Part shown: piece after piece, positions 33,363 through 43,796 of the stretch
How the letters are laid out: each line of letters starts with the position of its first letter
Numbering within the stretch: the first letter of the stretch is position 1
Sequence record: MH791413.1
Length of the DNA stretch: 64,000 nt
Reading direction: 5' to 3' (one strand)
Origin: Escherichia phage EcSzw_1
Position numbers and translations under genes: made by a program
Notes under the pieces: generated by a model
Database searches by the model: none
Told to the model about the DNA's origin: nothing
What the model saw: the letters and a program-made list of their open reading frames with translations, nothing else

Positions 33363-35602
33363 TATTCTTCCTCTGGGTAACTTGAGTTAAGAAGGATATC
33401 TTCTTGGTTCTTGTCCATGATATCAACCGTCTTATTAGCAATCTGCTTACCATCCAGATTGAATGAAACATTCAGGGTCTGTCTAGTCTGCATAGGGAAA
33501 CCAGAAGGTGTCATCATCATTGGGGTTTGGTTGAACTTAGTTGCAAAGTTATTTAAAGACTCTGACAAGTTGTTCATGATAATATCCCAATTGGACATTC
33601 CATTATCAACAAAGCTACGATTACCTTGAGCATCTACAGAATATTGTGCAAACTGTAGCTGTCCATTCTGGTCAAAGAACATTGGACGTTTTGGGTTGGT
33701 AATGCTTGATACGGCATCTTCGAAAGGTTTTGGAAGATTTACTTCACTATATCTTCCGTTATTCTTTCTGTCTGTAGAACCGGATAACATCAATGATGAA
33801 CCAACTGTACCAAGAGCCATTCTTGTTGCTGTGACTCCTGCAACACCTGCTGCTTCAGATGCGGCTGCTGCACCACCTAAACCAAATCTCTGCATGATTT
33901 TTGCAAAGATACCTTCTTCAAAGATACTCTTAACGAATGCTACAGTCCCACCAAAGATTTTTGCAACCTTCGTGATAGCGGCAATTGCAACACCAATCAT
34001 AGCAAAGGTTGAGACCAGTTCAGCAGAATCCTTGATAAGTTTCTGTTGACTTGCATCCAAATCCTTGTACCATGCCATTGCAGAGTAGTACAGTGAAGAT
34101 GTTCTATACATGATATCTGTTACGAAGTCAAGTAAGTTACCAGCACCTTTTAACAGGTAACCAATCACTGTACCGAGTGCTTCAGCAGTACCCATAGAAC
34201 CTTGTAAGAACATTGCAATGGATTGTGAAAGCTGTGAAATACCGTCGCTAGAGTTGTTAAACAATGCAACTAACATGTTATCCCACATAGACTTTGCTTG
34301 ACCCATTGAGGTAGCTGTCTGCTTAGATACGGCATTCATACCACCTGCTGCCTGTACCAACTCAGCCATCTTTTCAGATACCTTTGGAAGTACATCTTCA
34401 GCAAGGAGTTTACCGTCCTTCATCATCTTATCAAGTTCTTGTGGTGTCTTACCGATAGCGTCAGCAAACAGCTGTACAGCACCTGCCAAACGGTCACCTA
34501 ACTGACCACGGAGTTCTTCAGCCTGAATCTTACCCTTAGAAGCCATCTGCTGGAAAGCAACCATGATACCTTTCAGGTCTTCGTCTGTTGCACCCCTGAT
34601 ACGGGAGAACATCGCAGCGTTCTTATAGAACTCCTGAGTTCCTTGGAATCCAAGAGCAGGTTGAGCACCAGCAGCAAAGTTTGCGTATTGCTTCATGGTC
34701 GCTGTGTAGTTCTGTCCAATCTGATGAGCGAACGATGCAGCGAACATTCTGGCTTGCTGTGTATCTGCTCCGAAGATAGCTGTTGAGGCTAACTGTGCAG
34801 ATTGTCTTTTAACACCTGCATCAATTGTTTTCTGAGCCAATTCTAAGGCTGCATAAGCTGAAACAAAACCACCAATCATCTGACGTAGAGATGAGTTAGC
34901 TCTTTCCTGAAGCCAAGCTGATTCTCTGACTGACTTGAGTCTAGCATTTTCTGCAATAACCCAACGCTTGGTAACGTCAATGAGCTTTTTGACTTCCATC
35001 TCATATTCACCGACTTTACCAGTTCCCTTATATTTGTTATAAAGACTTTGCAAGTTCCCTCTGAAGGAAGCTGCCATTTGATTACCTTGTCCACCAATAG
35101 TTTCAAGGCGACGTGTCAGACCAGAATAGAAGTTGTTGTTAAACATTCTTTCCATCTGTCTCTGAGCAATATCGGGTCTTGGAGGTCTTGGGTTGCCACT
35201 TCCACCAGTAGGAGGGAAGCCAGTACCACCTTTTCTACCACCACGAACAGTGACTTTTCCATCAACTTTCATAGCGTCTCTTAAAGCCTTGTTAATTTCC
35301 TTGGCAGTTTTTCTACCTTGCGTCTCCAGTCTTTTAAGAGATTTAACACCTTGTGAATCAAGGTTAAGGGAGTTGTTGAGTGCTTTATTGATTCTGCCCG
35401 AAGCAGTCTGAGCGTTTTTTACAATTCTGTTTAATGCTTCCTGTGAAGACTTATTAGGTTTCACGTCAAAGGCTTTGTTAATATTACGTTCAATTCGTTG
35501 AGCAGACTGCATAGCCATCTTTTCAACTCTCTGCAAACCTTTAACAACCTTTTCACTGAAACCCAACTCCACAATAAAGCTATCAACTGTATATTGTGCC
35601 AT
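33362..35602 (-). CDS. Tail tape measure protein
   Basis: 746 aa, Ala/Gly/Gln-rich, follows chaperone pair. Confidence 0.7.
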
Positions 35603-35841
35603 TAAATTTTACCTGCCCTTCTAAGTTCGTTATAAGCAATTTCTTCTTTGTATGACCTCTGGATTTCTAAATACTGTCGCAGAGATAATAAATCAGAGAA
35701 AGTCATTGAGAAGAGTTGGTCGAGTGTTTCTTTACACCCTTCCATACCGTAAATAGCAAGCACAAATTTCATCTCATCTGCTTCTTCATAAGTTGCTGCT
35801 ACAGCCCCATCAGTCAATGGGGTCTGCATAGCACTACTCAT
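35602..35841 (-). CDS. Tail assembly chaperone, -1 frame extension
   Basis: -1 frame stays open from slippery T_TTT_TTC (35880-35886) through this ORF. Confidence 0.6.
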   Translation of the reverse strand: MSSAMQTPLTDGAVAATYEEADEMKFVLAIYGMEGCKETLDQLFSMTFSDLLSLRQYLEIQRSYKEEIAYNELRRAGKI

Positions 35842-35843
35842 GC

Positions 35844-36254
35844 TTACTGAGAAGTTAGGCTTTTGAAAATGCTTGCTTCGAAAAAACTTCCGAAATTAGC
35901 CTCCAGAGCAAATGCCAAGAAGTCAATAAATTCACCGTAGTTTGCTTGGAAGTATTTATCTACGTTTAGAGGGAAGTCATCTACAGTTGCACCTTGGAAT
36001 AACAGAGCAGCCATTGAGTCAATATCGAGTTCATCAATACGGTCAAAGCAAGCTTCAACTAATTCTTTGAAAGGTACTGCTGTTACACTTTCTTCACCTT
36101 CTTTCTGCTCTTTCCCAGATAAACTTGAAAACATCTGAGCAATTGTCGGTACAACAACTTTACCAAGTTTCATCGACATTTTAATACCATCTCTTGCACC
36201 TAGCAGGACAATATTCACTTTCTTACCATTAATAATTTTAGATTCTGTCTTCAT
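35844..36254 (-). CDS. Tail assembly chaperone
   Basis: 136 aa between tube and tape measure; slippery heptamer near 3' end. Confidence 0.65.
   Translation of the reverse strand: MKTESKIINGKKVNIVLLGARDGIKMSMKLGKVVVPTIAQMFSSLSGKEQKEGEESVTAVPFKELVEACFDRIDELDIDSMAALLFQGATVDDFPLNVDKYFQANYGEFIDFLAFALEANFGSFFEASIFKSLTSQ
35880..35886 (-). other. Programmed -1 ribosomal frameshift site (slippery heptamer)
   Basis: T_TTT_TTC read in chaperone frame; -1 frame stays open into 35602..35841. Confidence 0.6.
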
Positions 36255-36333
36255 TGTGATTCCTTAAATTTCTTAGGTTCTATAAACGAAAAAAGGGAAG
36301 ACCTTTTACAGTCTCCCCCTTATTAGGATGTTC

Positions 36334-36780
36334 TTAAACACTTGACGCAGGAATCGTAGAAGTGTAGTCTAGCTTCTCACAACCAAAAATCCAAGTTTTA
36401 GAGTTCTGGTCACGACCAAGTTCAATCTGTGGCAGTTCCTGCAACCATGCGTTAATACCAGTTGCCAGAACAGAACCAGATGGGTCGTAGATTACGAAGT
36501 TAGAAGAGATATCTACTTCAAGTTCCATGTCATCTTGTTTAGCTTGAATCGCAGAAAGCATCTGATTAGAGAGTGAAGTCTGCATTAACTCAATCTCAAT
36601 AGTACCTGTCTTATCTGCGTTTCTTGTCAGAGCTACCTGACCACCTGCACCAACAACTGGTGTAACAAGTGGAGAAGTTCTCTGTAGACGTAAGAATGAA
36701 TCTGGAGCAAAGCCTTCAATGGCAATACCATTCCAGCTACATACAACGTCTTTAGGGGAATATTGCTGATACATAGCCAT
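36334..36780 (-). CDS. Tail tube protein
   Basis: 148 aa immediately after sheath gene. Confidence 0.6.
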   Translation of the reverse strand: MAMYQQYSPKDVVCSWNGIAIEGFAPDSFLRLQRTSPLVTPVVGAGGQVALTRNADKTGTIEIELMQTSLSNQMLSAIQAKQDDMELEVDISSNFVIYDPSGSVLATGINAWLQELPQIELGRDQNSKTWIFGCEKLDYTSTIPASSV

Positions 36781-36795
36781 TCCAATTTACCTCTA

Positions 36796-38148
36796 TTATT
36801 CGTAAGCCACTGTACCTTTCAAGTCAACATCCAAGATAGCACCTGCTAAGATACCTGCGAAGGTAACATCTTTCAGGATACGAGCTTTCTTGTCTGCTAA
36901 AGCAACTTGAGAGGCTTTAGGAACATTAACTGTGTAAGATGACAGGAAGTTTCTGTTAACTGCTCTTTGCAGAGAGGTTTCAATGACCTGACGAATACGG
37001 GTAATACCAGTATCATCATAAGTAATCTTACCACCCTTCTGATTAATTAGCAAGTCTCTAAGAGAAGTTTTCAAGTCAGATTCTAACCAGTCAACACCAC
37101 GGATGATATCAATCCATTCACCACCAGAAGTGATACCTCTACGTACAACTGGAACACCGCCATCAAGGTCGATGAAGTTGCAGTGACGTACATCCAAAGC
37201 GGATTTCTGAATGCTTGTCAGAGGTCTCTGGTTAGCTGGCTGAAGAGATGCTTCAACACCAGTCAACTGAGCGTTACCCCAAGCAATGGAACCTGCGTCA
37301 TATGGAGCACCATAAGCGATGTAAGCCATTTCTGGGTAGTCATAACTTGCAGTGTGATGCCATAGGCAAACAGTACGTGTGTACATGCTCTTAGCAAGTT
37401 GTGCAGGAACATCAGAAGCTGATGCCAATTCAGTACCTTGCAGGGCAGCTACATCAGAGTTAGCTGTGAAGAAAATCTTCTTACGAGCCTGAATCTCAGA
37501 AGCCATTGCCAAGACGAACTGTGTAGTTCTGTCTTCAGCAGAAATGAAGTACCAGTCAGTTGAGTACGTTTCAATTGCAGCCAGAGCACTTGCAGCAGTA
37601 TCAGCAGTTGTACCAGCGATTGACACAGAACTTGTTGTTGATGTAACTTTTACGAAGTCATTGTCACCAGCTTTTGTAACAATCATGGTTGCAGAGCTAC
37701 CAGTACCTGTTACGTTGATAGTAACATCATCTTTGATTGTTGGGTCAGCTTCAATCTGCTCTTTAAACTGCGTCAGTACAATCAGAGCGGTGTCATCAGC
37801 TTGAGCAGTGTATTGGTATGGCTGAGAAACCCCACCACCTACAGCAACCGTCAGAGAGTAATCTGTGCTTTCAGTTACTTCATCGGGGATTGAAACTGTA
37901 TACTGCATAGCACGTCTACCAATATATAGCTGAGTTACTTTTGGAGTCTGACTCCATAGTTGTTTTGCAGCTTTATAAGCAGCAGTACTTTCACCGAAAT
38001 CTTCAGCAACTTCAGTCAGAGAAGTATAGCCACGAACCCTTTCTTCAAAGTTGTCTGTTGACGCTAAGAATAATGGTAGACCAAAACCTTCTCTCGTAGT
38101 TCCTGCGGTGTTCAATGTAATATCTACATTAACAATTGGATTCCACAT
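36796..38148 (-). CDS. Tail sheath protein
   Basis: 450 aa, upstream of tube gene; contractile-tail order. Confidence 0.6.
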   Translation of the reverse strand: MWNPIVNVDITLNTAGTTREGFGLPLFLASTDNFEERVRGYTSLTEVAEDFGESTAAYKAAKQLWSQTPKVTQLYIGRRAMQYTVSIPDEVTESTDYSLTVAVGGGVSQPYQYTAQADDTALIVLTQFKEQIEADPTIKDDVTINVTGTGSSATMIVTKAGDNDFVKVTSTTSSVSIAGTTADTAASALAAIETYSTDWYFISAEDRTTQFVLAMASEIQARKKIFFTANSDVAALQGTELASASDVPAQLAKSMYTRTVCLWHHTASYDYPEMAYIAYGAPYDAGSIAWGNAQLTGVEASLQPANQRPLTSIQKSALDVRHCNFIDLDGGVPVVRRGITSGGEWIDIIRGVDWLESDLKTSLRDLLINQKGGKITYDDTGITRIRQVIETSLQRAVNRNFLSSYTVNVPKASQVALADKKARILKDVTFAGILAGAILDVDLKGTVAYE

Positions 38149-38748
38149 TTATTTTACCCCTTTGGAGTCTACATCTAGATGGATAGTATATTCTGGTGGC
38201 TCCTGTCCTTCCTCATAAACCAACTCACCATCAACGATAACGCACTCAATAATACCGCCACGTTCATCTTTCAAGACTGAGTTCATTACAAGGGTTACAA
38301 CAAGAGGTGCAGAATTTTCGAAATCTGTATTAAGATAAGTGTAATCATTCGGGATAGCTCCAGTATCAAGTACCGTAGCACCTGTCTGTTCAAGCAAGAA
38401 ATCCCTTGTGGAACTCATCTCTAACCTTTGTTTTAGCTCCAGCATAATACTGTGAGCACCTTTACCATTTACAGTAATTAGTACGGGAATCTGAAAAGCA
38501 ATTCGATAACAAACTACATCATCTTCCACGAATTTATCAAGTAGCCAACCATAAGGTGTTGTAGCATCTTGGCAGTATACTGTAATGAATGGCTGGTCAG
38601 GTTTTAAACCTTTATCGTTAGAGTTGTCAGAGGGGTAAGCCCTAATAACGTTTGGTCTGTTATTCTTATCACGCGCTAATCGGTGACCAATAACATCTAC
38701 CAAAGTTCTGACAATCCCTTTCTCAAGTTCTGCTGTTTCTAACTGCAT
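38149..38748 (-). CDS. Head-tail joining / tail completion protein, hypothetical
   Basis: 199 aa, position. Confidence 0.4.
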   Translation of the reverse strand: MQLETAELEKGIVRTLVDVIGHRLARDKNNRPNVIRAYPSDNSNDKGLKPDQPFITVYCQDATTPYGWLLDKFVEDDVVCYRIAFQIPVLITVNGKGAHSIMLELKQRLEMSSTRDFLLEQTGATVLDTGAIPNDYTYLNTDFENSAPLVVTLVMNSVLKDERGGIIECVIVDGELVYEEGQEPPEYTIHLDVDSKGVK

Positions 38749-39124
38749 TCATTTTATCCCTTCTAATAATGATATATTCATAATGGGATGTGTAAGCTAA
38801 TTGATTTGACCAGTCCATTGTCATAAATACTTCGTACTCGTGACCATCAATCATCACAATATCAGATTCAGTCCAATCAACATCATCAGATGTTCTCAAC
38901 TTAGCTACAGTATAAAGGATTCTGGTATCAGTCAGTCGAATACCTTCAGGTAAAACAATCTGTGTACCATTCTTCACAGAACCCTTAATATATGGCTGGA
39001 TATTACCTTTGCAGTTAATCTCTACAATATCTTCTGAAGCTACCCAATCACCATCGTTATTGTAATAACCATCTTCAGATACTTTGCGCTTAACTACAAA
39101 GCGGTGTCTGTTTAAGAGTCTCAT
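38723..39124 (-). CDS. Head-tail joining protein, hypothetical
   Basis: 133 aa, position. Confidence 0.4.
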   Translation of the reverse strand: MRLLNRHRFVVKRKVSEDGYYNNDGDWVASEDIVEINCKGNIQPYIKGSVKNGTQIVLPEGIRLTDTRILYTVAKLRTSDDVDWTESDIVMIDGHEYEVFMTMDWSNQLAYTSHYEYIIIRRDKMNAVRNSRT

Positions 39125-39603
39125 TTCTTAATACCTTTTTTAGTAGAAATTTTATAAGCAAGCTTGTCTCTCAAATCACCTGTCTCTACAAGAGGTGCGT
39201 TAAAACCTTTTTTCTTGACTGTGGAAGGTGCGTTAGGAGGAAGGATAGCAGTATTACCGAAGCCTCTTTTAATTGACTTTTGAGCACTCTTTGCAAATGC
39301 TTCCAAAGTGTTTGTAGGGTCTACGTTAAGACTGTTAAGTTGCTTATAGAGATTCTTCTTAGTCTGCTCTAACAAGGTCTGTCTGTTTAGCATCATAGTG
39401 ATTTCAAACAACCTACGATATACTTTACCAGAAGCTGAGGGAACCCCAATAACTTCGTGTAAATACATTAAAGCAGGATAAGAAAAACCAGAGCTATGTT
39501 GACCTTGTTCTTGAAAATACCCAACTTGAGCATTAGCCGTATGCAAGTTCTTCATAGCCCCGACTAATTTAGCTCTCGCGGGGTGAATAACCCTTTTAAC
39601 CAT
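39121..39603 (-). CDS. Head-tail joining protein, hypothetical
   Basis: 160 aa, position. Confidence 0.4.
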   Translation of the reverse strand: MVKRVIHPARAKLVGAMKNLHTANAQVGYFQEQGQHSSGFSYPALMYLHEVIGVPSASGKVYRRLFEITMMLNRQTLLEQTKKNLYKQLNSLNVDPTNTLEAFAKSAQKSIKRGFGNTAILPPNAPSTVKKKGFNAPLVETGDLRDKLAYKISTKKGIKK

Positions 39604-40055
39604 TATTCATCTCGCTCGATAATAAATACGCCATTGACATTAGGGCAGAAGTCTCTACCATGATATCTAGCAGCATCGCCATATTCAGTATATTTCTTGA
39701 CAGAGCAAGGATTCTGTTGACGCCTGATATCAATATCACACTGACTAATCCCACCCGCATAAGGTAGACCAGACACTGAACTTTTAATCAGGTCGTCGTA
39801 GACAGCTTTTAGAGACTTGAATCTGGAAGAGTTACGTAAGTAAACACCACCAACTTTCTCATCTCCCATCTTGGCTACTTGAAAGAGTAAATATTTAAGA
39901 GCTTTGATGGCTGCTTTCTTTTCGTCTTTACCAGATTCCACATAGAACCACTCTAGCACCGACTGCTCAATAAGAATTTCATCATTATTAGTGTCGGTGC
40001 AGAGGATTCTAACTCTATCAAGAGGGTTATTGGCTGGGTCGCCTGTATAACACAT
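39603..40055 (-). CDS. Head completion/connector protein, hypothetical
   Basis: 150 aa, position. Confidence 0.4.
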   Translation of the reverse strand: MCYTGDPANNPLDRVRILCTDTNNDEILIEQSVLEWFYVESGKDEKKAAIKALKYLLFQVAKMGDEKVGGVYLRNSSRFKSLKAVYDDLIKSSVSGLPYAGGISQCDIDIRRQQNPCSVKKYTEYGDAARYHGRDFCPNVNGVFIIERDE

Positions 40056-40076
40056 TTATAACCCTCCTTTCAAGTA

Positions 40077-41189
40077 TTAGCCTTGTGGTGCAGCGTCAGA
40101 ACGTACATCTACCAGCAACTGAGGACGTGTGCAGTATGGCAGCATGTAAGAGTGAGCTTCGAAGTCAATACCTTCGTCACGGTCTTTTTCGTATTCGAAT
40201 ACGTACAGTTCCTGACCAAGAGTATTCGCGTAACCCATCTTAGGACATGGGCCATATGCAACTTCGAAGATGTTGTTAGCTTCACCTAACATAGCGACGT
40301 TAGGGAACGCATGACCAACACCTACAGTGTTTGCTACGCCGTCGATGCTTACCAGAACGTGAGTCTTACCACGCTTATCTTGGAACTTACCATTGTACTG
40401 AACAAACTTCACACCACCGTAGTAGAATGTGTTCATGTGAGCCTGAACTCCATCAGTACCACCAGTTCTCAGAGAGCCAGTAATCTGCTGCCAAGCCAGC
40501 GGAGTCTGCTGTGCAAGGTATGCGTCACGAATCTTCGGATGCTTGATAAGCTTGCTGAAGAACAGACGGTCAACAACAATGTGAATTTCTTCACCGTTGA
40601 TTACAGTACCAACTTTAGCTTCATCTTCCATGTGCATACGAAGTTCTTCGATAGCAGCGTCGATATCAGCGTTTGGATTGTCAAGGTCGAAGTAAACAGT
40701 CTTCTTCTCAACGTCGAACTGCTTGAACAGGTCAGCGTACAGAACACCGTTAGCGTCGATTACTTTACCCTTCAGAGCTTGCATGAACAAGAACTCACGA
40801 GTAATATCGAACTTGGTACGAATCTTCATCAGCTTACGAGCACGAACGATAGCTTCAGTAGTCAGTTCGTTTGCAGTGCCTGGCTGACGTACACCCTGAA
40901 TCTCATCAGGAGTAATGCTTTCCACTTCCTTGAAGTACATCATTGGGAAGCTAATCTGCTTAACTCTTTCTGGAGCACTCGTCTCAGCTTTACGGCTGGT
41001 ACGGTCTACTGCATCCAGTAAGCTAATGTCAGACTCAGTTAAATCCATCAGAAAAGTAGTCTGAGTAATTGGGGCAGAACGGAAAAGACCCAAACCGGAA
41101 ATATAACCGTAAGTATTTGGGATAGACTGGACTTCACCAGTCAGGTCAGCAAGGAAAAATCTGCTTTTTTCAGAATTAGTTAATGCCAT
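40077..41189 (-). CDS. Major capsid protein
   Basis: 370 aa; follows protease/scaffold and small head protein. Confidence 0.65.
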   Translation of the reverse strand: MALTNSEKSRFFLADLTGEVQSIPNTYGYISGLGLFRSAPITQTTFLMDLTESDISLLDAVDRTSRKAETSAPERVKQISFPMMYFKEVESITPDEIQGVRQPGTANELTTEAIVRARKLMKIRTKFDITREFLFMQALKGKVIDANGVLYADLFKQFDVEKKTVYFDLDNPNADIDAAIEELRMHMEDEAKVGTVINGEEIHIVVDRLFFSKLIKHPKIRDAYLAQQTPLAWQQITGSLRTGGTDGVQAHMNTFYYGGVKFVQYNGKFQDKRGKTHVLVSIDGVANTVGVGHAFPNVAMLGEANNIFEVAYGPCPKMGYANTLGQELYVFEYEKDRDEGIDFEAHSYMLPYCTRPQLLVDVRSDAAPQG

Positions 41190-41219
41190 TATAAAATTCT
41201 CCAGAATGTCTTATTGTTA

Positions 41220-41597
41220 TTACAGGCCAGTTGGTACGAAATCAATGCCTTTTGCTTTCAGAGCCGCCTTAACTGCGTCGGCATCAACATCTTCAGCCAG
41301 AGTTAAGAGGTCTTTCAGTTCAGCATCACGGTAGATACCAACAACTTTCAACTGACCGTGGTAAGACAGTTGCAGGTCTGCGTAGAAGTTAACGATGCAA
41401 ACAGAATCAGCCTGAGCTTCTTCACCAGTTGCAACTTTGGTTCCATCGGCTTTCAGAACTTCACCTACACGGTATTCTGTAGCAGCGACTGGAGCGTACT
41501 CTTTACGAGAGTGACCTGTTGGTGTAATCTGTTCCCAAAGAATGATATCATTCAGTGGTTCTCTGTTACCTAAGTGAGTAAAACCTTCATATGCCAT
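41220..41597 (-). CDS. Head decoration protein, putative
   Basis: 125 aa between protease and capsid genes. Confidence 0.4.
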   Translation of the reverse strand: MAYEGFTHLGNREPLNDIILWEQITPTGHSRKEYAPVAATEYRVGEVLKADGTKVATGEEAQADSVCIVNFYADLQLSYHGQLKVVGIYRDAELKDLLTLAEDVDADAVKAALKAKGIDFVPTGL

Positions 41598-41609
41598 TAT
41601 TTGTGTTCC

Positions 41610-42953
41610 TTATTTGATAAGAGATTTCAAAGCATTCTGGAGAGCCAGTTTGCGTTGTTCTGCGGTGTCATCAGATGCGTTTTCAGAAGGTTTTTCTTCG
41701 TCAACCAGTTCTGCTTCACCGTCATTACCCATTTCTTCCATTGCGTTAGAGTGTTCCAGAACAGCACCAGCAGTTTCTTTAAGCTTAGTGATTTCGGAAT
41801 CTTTCTCTGACAGTGCAGAAGCATGAGCCGCGATAGTTTCATTTAGTTTCTGGTTAGCACCTTCCATAGCATTCATAAAGAGAACACTCAGAGGGTTGTC
41901 AAGACCAGCGCCTAAGATAGCCTGAGCAGCTTCTGTTGCGTCAAACCCGAAAGCTTCAGCAGAAGCAGAAATCTTACCAGTCAGTTCAGACATAGTTTTT
42001 TCCTGTTCTTTTGCTTTCATCTGAGCAACCTGAGCGCGTAGAGCCTCTAGTTCTTGCTTTTCTTGTTCAGTCATTTCTTCACCTGAATTGTTAACGTTTA
42101 AACTTACAGGAGCTTCATCAGAACCTTGTAAGTAATTTAAGAAATCATCTTGAGACATGATTGAATTAATTAAACCAAGTTCAAGAGCTTCCTGAGCAGA
42201 ATAAACATTCGCCTCAGTATTCTTTACAGCTTCTTCAGAGATATTACGTGCATCAGCTACAAAACCTGTGAAGGTGTTATAGGTGTCATTAATTCTCTGT
42301 TGAAGTCTTGTTTTGCTTTCTTCTGAGAGTGCTTGGAATGGAGAACCTAAACCTTTAAATTCACCAGCTTTAATAACGTTAATTGTAACGCCATTCTTTT
42401 CAAATGCTTTAGTTAACTCTTGGTGAACCATAATTACACCGATTGAACCAACATCTGCATCTGGTGATGCAATTACTTCATCAGCAGAACATGCAAGTGC
42501 ATACGCAGCGGAACATGCGAACTCATCAACATATGCTACAATTTTCTTTTTGCCTCTGGAGGCTACGATGTGACGTGCTAATTCAAAACAACCTGAAGCT
42601 TCACCACCACCAGAATCAACGTGCAGTACAATTGTCTTAATAGATTCATCTGCTAAAGCTTCGTCGAAGCCTCTGCGCAAACCTTCATAAGAACTTAGAC
42701 CACCAGTACACATTGCATCCATAAAGGTCATACGATGTGTTAGGCCACCCATAATAGGGATAATAGCAATGTCGTCTTTAACTTTTAAAAGACTTCTTGC
42801 CTCACCTTTAGGTTTGTCGAAATTGACTGCTGCTTGAACTTCACCTAACAAGCGGTTATTTACATAAGTCGCTGCTGAGTGAGCTAGAGATTCAGTGGCT
42901 AGTAAAGGTTGGTTGAATAATCTATCAGCAAGTCTGAAGATATTTGAACTCAT
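41610..42953 (-). CDS. Prohead protease (S49/ClpP-like) with C-terminal scaffold-like region
   Basis: IVLHVDSGGGEASG motif; coiled-coil acidic C-terminus; ATG 42953 (ORF-track GTG 42962). Confidence 0.6.
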   Translation of the reverse strand: MSSNIFRLADRLFNQPLLATESLAHSAATYVNNRLLGEVQAAVNFDKPKGEARSLLKVKDDIAIIPIMGGLTHRMTFMDAMCTGGLSSYEGLRRGFDEALADESIKTIVLHVDSGGGEASGCFELARHIVASRGKKKIVAYVDEFACSAAYALACSADEVIASPDADVGSIGVIMVHQELTKAFEKNGVTINVIKAGEFKGLGSPFQALSEESKTRLQQRINDTYNTFTGFVADARNISEEAVKNTEANVYSAQEALELGLINSIMSQDDFLNYLQGSDEAPVSLNVNNSGEEMTEQEKQELEALRAQVAQMKAKEQEKTMSELTGKISASAEAFGFDATEAAQAILGAGLDNPLSVLFMNAMEGANQKLNETIAAHASALSEKDSEITKLKETAGAVLEHSNAMEEMGNDGEAELVDEEKPSENASDDTAEQRKLALQNALKSLIK

Positions 42954-42963
42954 TTTACTCACC

Positions 42964-43296
42964 CTATTTGTTTAAATCCACCGATACTGAAGCGATAACA
43001 TAGATACCTTCTTCAGCAAAGAATTGAGGGCTGCTAAGAGCACCTGTTGCCACGCATTTATCGTTGGCATCCCATAGGCTATAGTGTGAGACCGTTGCAG
43101 AAGCTGGTACAGTAATATTGACTGTATCTTCTGAGGCAATTAAGCCGTTGTTCGGTTCAGAGAAATAAATAGCCACTGGCTGAGTAACCTTATTTGCTGT
43201 AGGGTCTGCCGTTGGGTCTACATTGTGTAAAACAATAGTCGTTGGGGTTAGCGTGGCGAGGATTTTATTCTTACCATCAATAGTTAATGTTCCCAT
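42964..43296 (-). CDS. Hypothetical protein
   Basis: 110-aa ORF. Confidence 0.45.
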   Translation of the reverse strand: MGTLTIDGKNKILATLTPTTIVLHNVDPTADPTANKVTQPVAIYFSEPNNGLIASEDTVNITVPASATVSHYSLWDANDKCVATGALSSPQFFAEEGIYVIASVSVDLNK

Positions 43297-43796
43297 TAAT
43301 TGAACCTTACTTTCTGTTTAAGGACTGTTGAATGGTTACCAGATTCATCCACCACATTTACAATCATATCATATACTTTACCTTTGACAAGTACTTTGTA
43401 ATCATTTTGTGAAAAAATGTACTCAAGTCTGTTAGACTCTTTGTTTACTGTCATTGGAGATTGAAATGCTGTGTCAATGGTAATGAACGCAGCTTCAACG
43501 CTATTAACGTTTATACGTTTATTCTCACAGTTATATAACTTTACACCCAAAAGGCATGAACTGTCAAATGGAATTTTAACAATTTCGCTACAATTGTTTG
43601 AAATAAACGAATTTCCATTCATTGGAGCATCAAGTAACCTGCAAATAGTGAAAACGTTAGAGGTTCCACCATCACTTACATAACCTGAAAGGCTGACCCT
43701 TGAGCCAGCCTCTACAGATAACGTATCAGTAATAAACAGAACACCTCTATACGAATGCACTCGTGTAGCATTTGAAATAGAGATAACTTCAGCCAT
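43296..43796 (-). CDS. Hypothetical protein
   Basis: 166-aa ORF. Confidence 0.45.
   Translation of the reverse strand: MAEVISISNATRVHSYRGVLFITDTLSVEAGSRVSLSGYVSDGGTSNVFTICRLLDAPMNGNSFISNNCSEIVKIPFDSSCLLGVKLYNCENKRINVNSVEAAFITIDTAFQSPMTVNKESNRLEYIFSQNDYKVLVKGKVYDMIVNVVDESGNHSTVLKQKVRFN

Noticed and set aside
33696-34049. 117-aa plus-strand ORF opposite the tape measure gene
   Set aside because: Antisense artefact of an Ala/Gly-rich gene.
36255-36333. Possible terminator between tail tube and chaperone genes
   Set aside because: Stem is imperfect and would cut transcription inside the tail operon; more likely an attenuating hairpin, so not listed as a feature.
40311-41021. 236-aa plus-strand ORF opposite the major capsid gene
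   Set aside because: Antisense to a highly expressed structural gene; no independent evidence.
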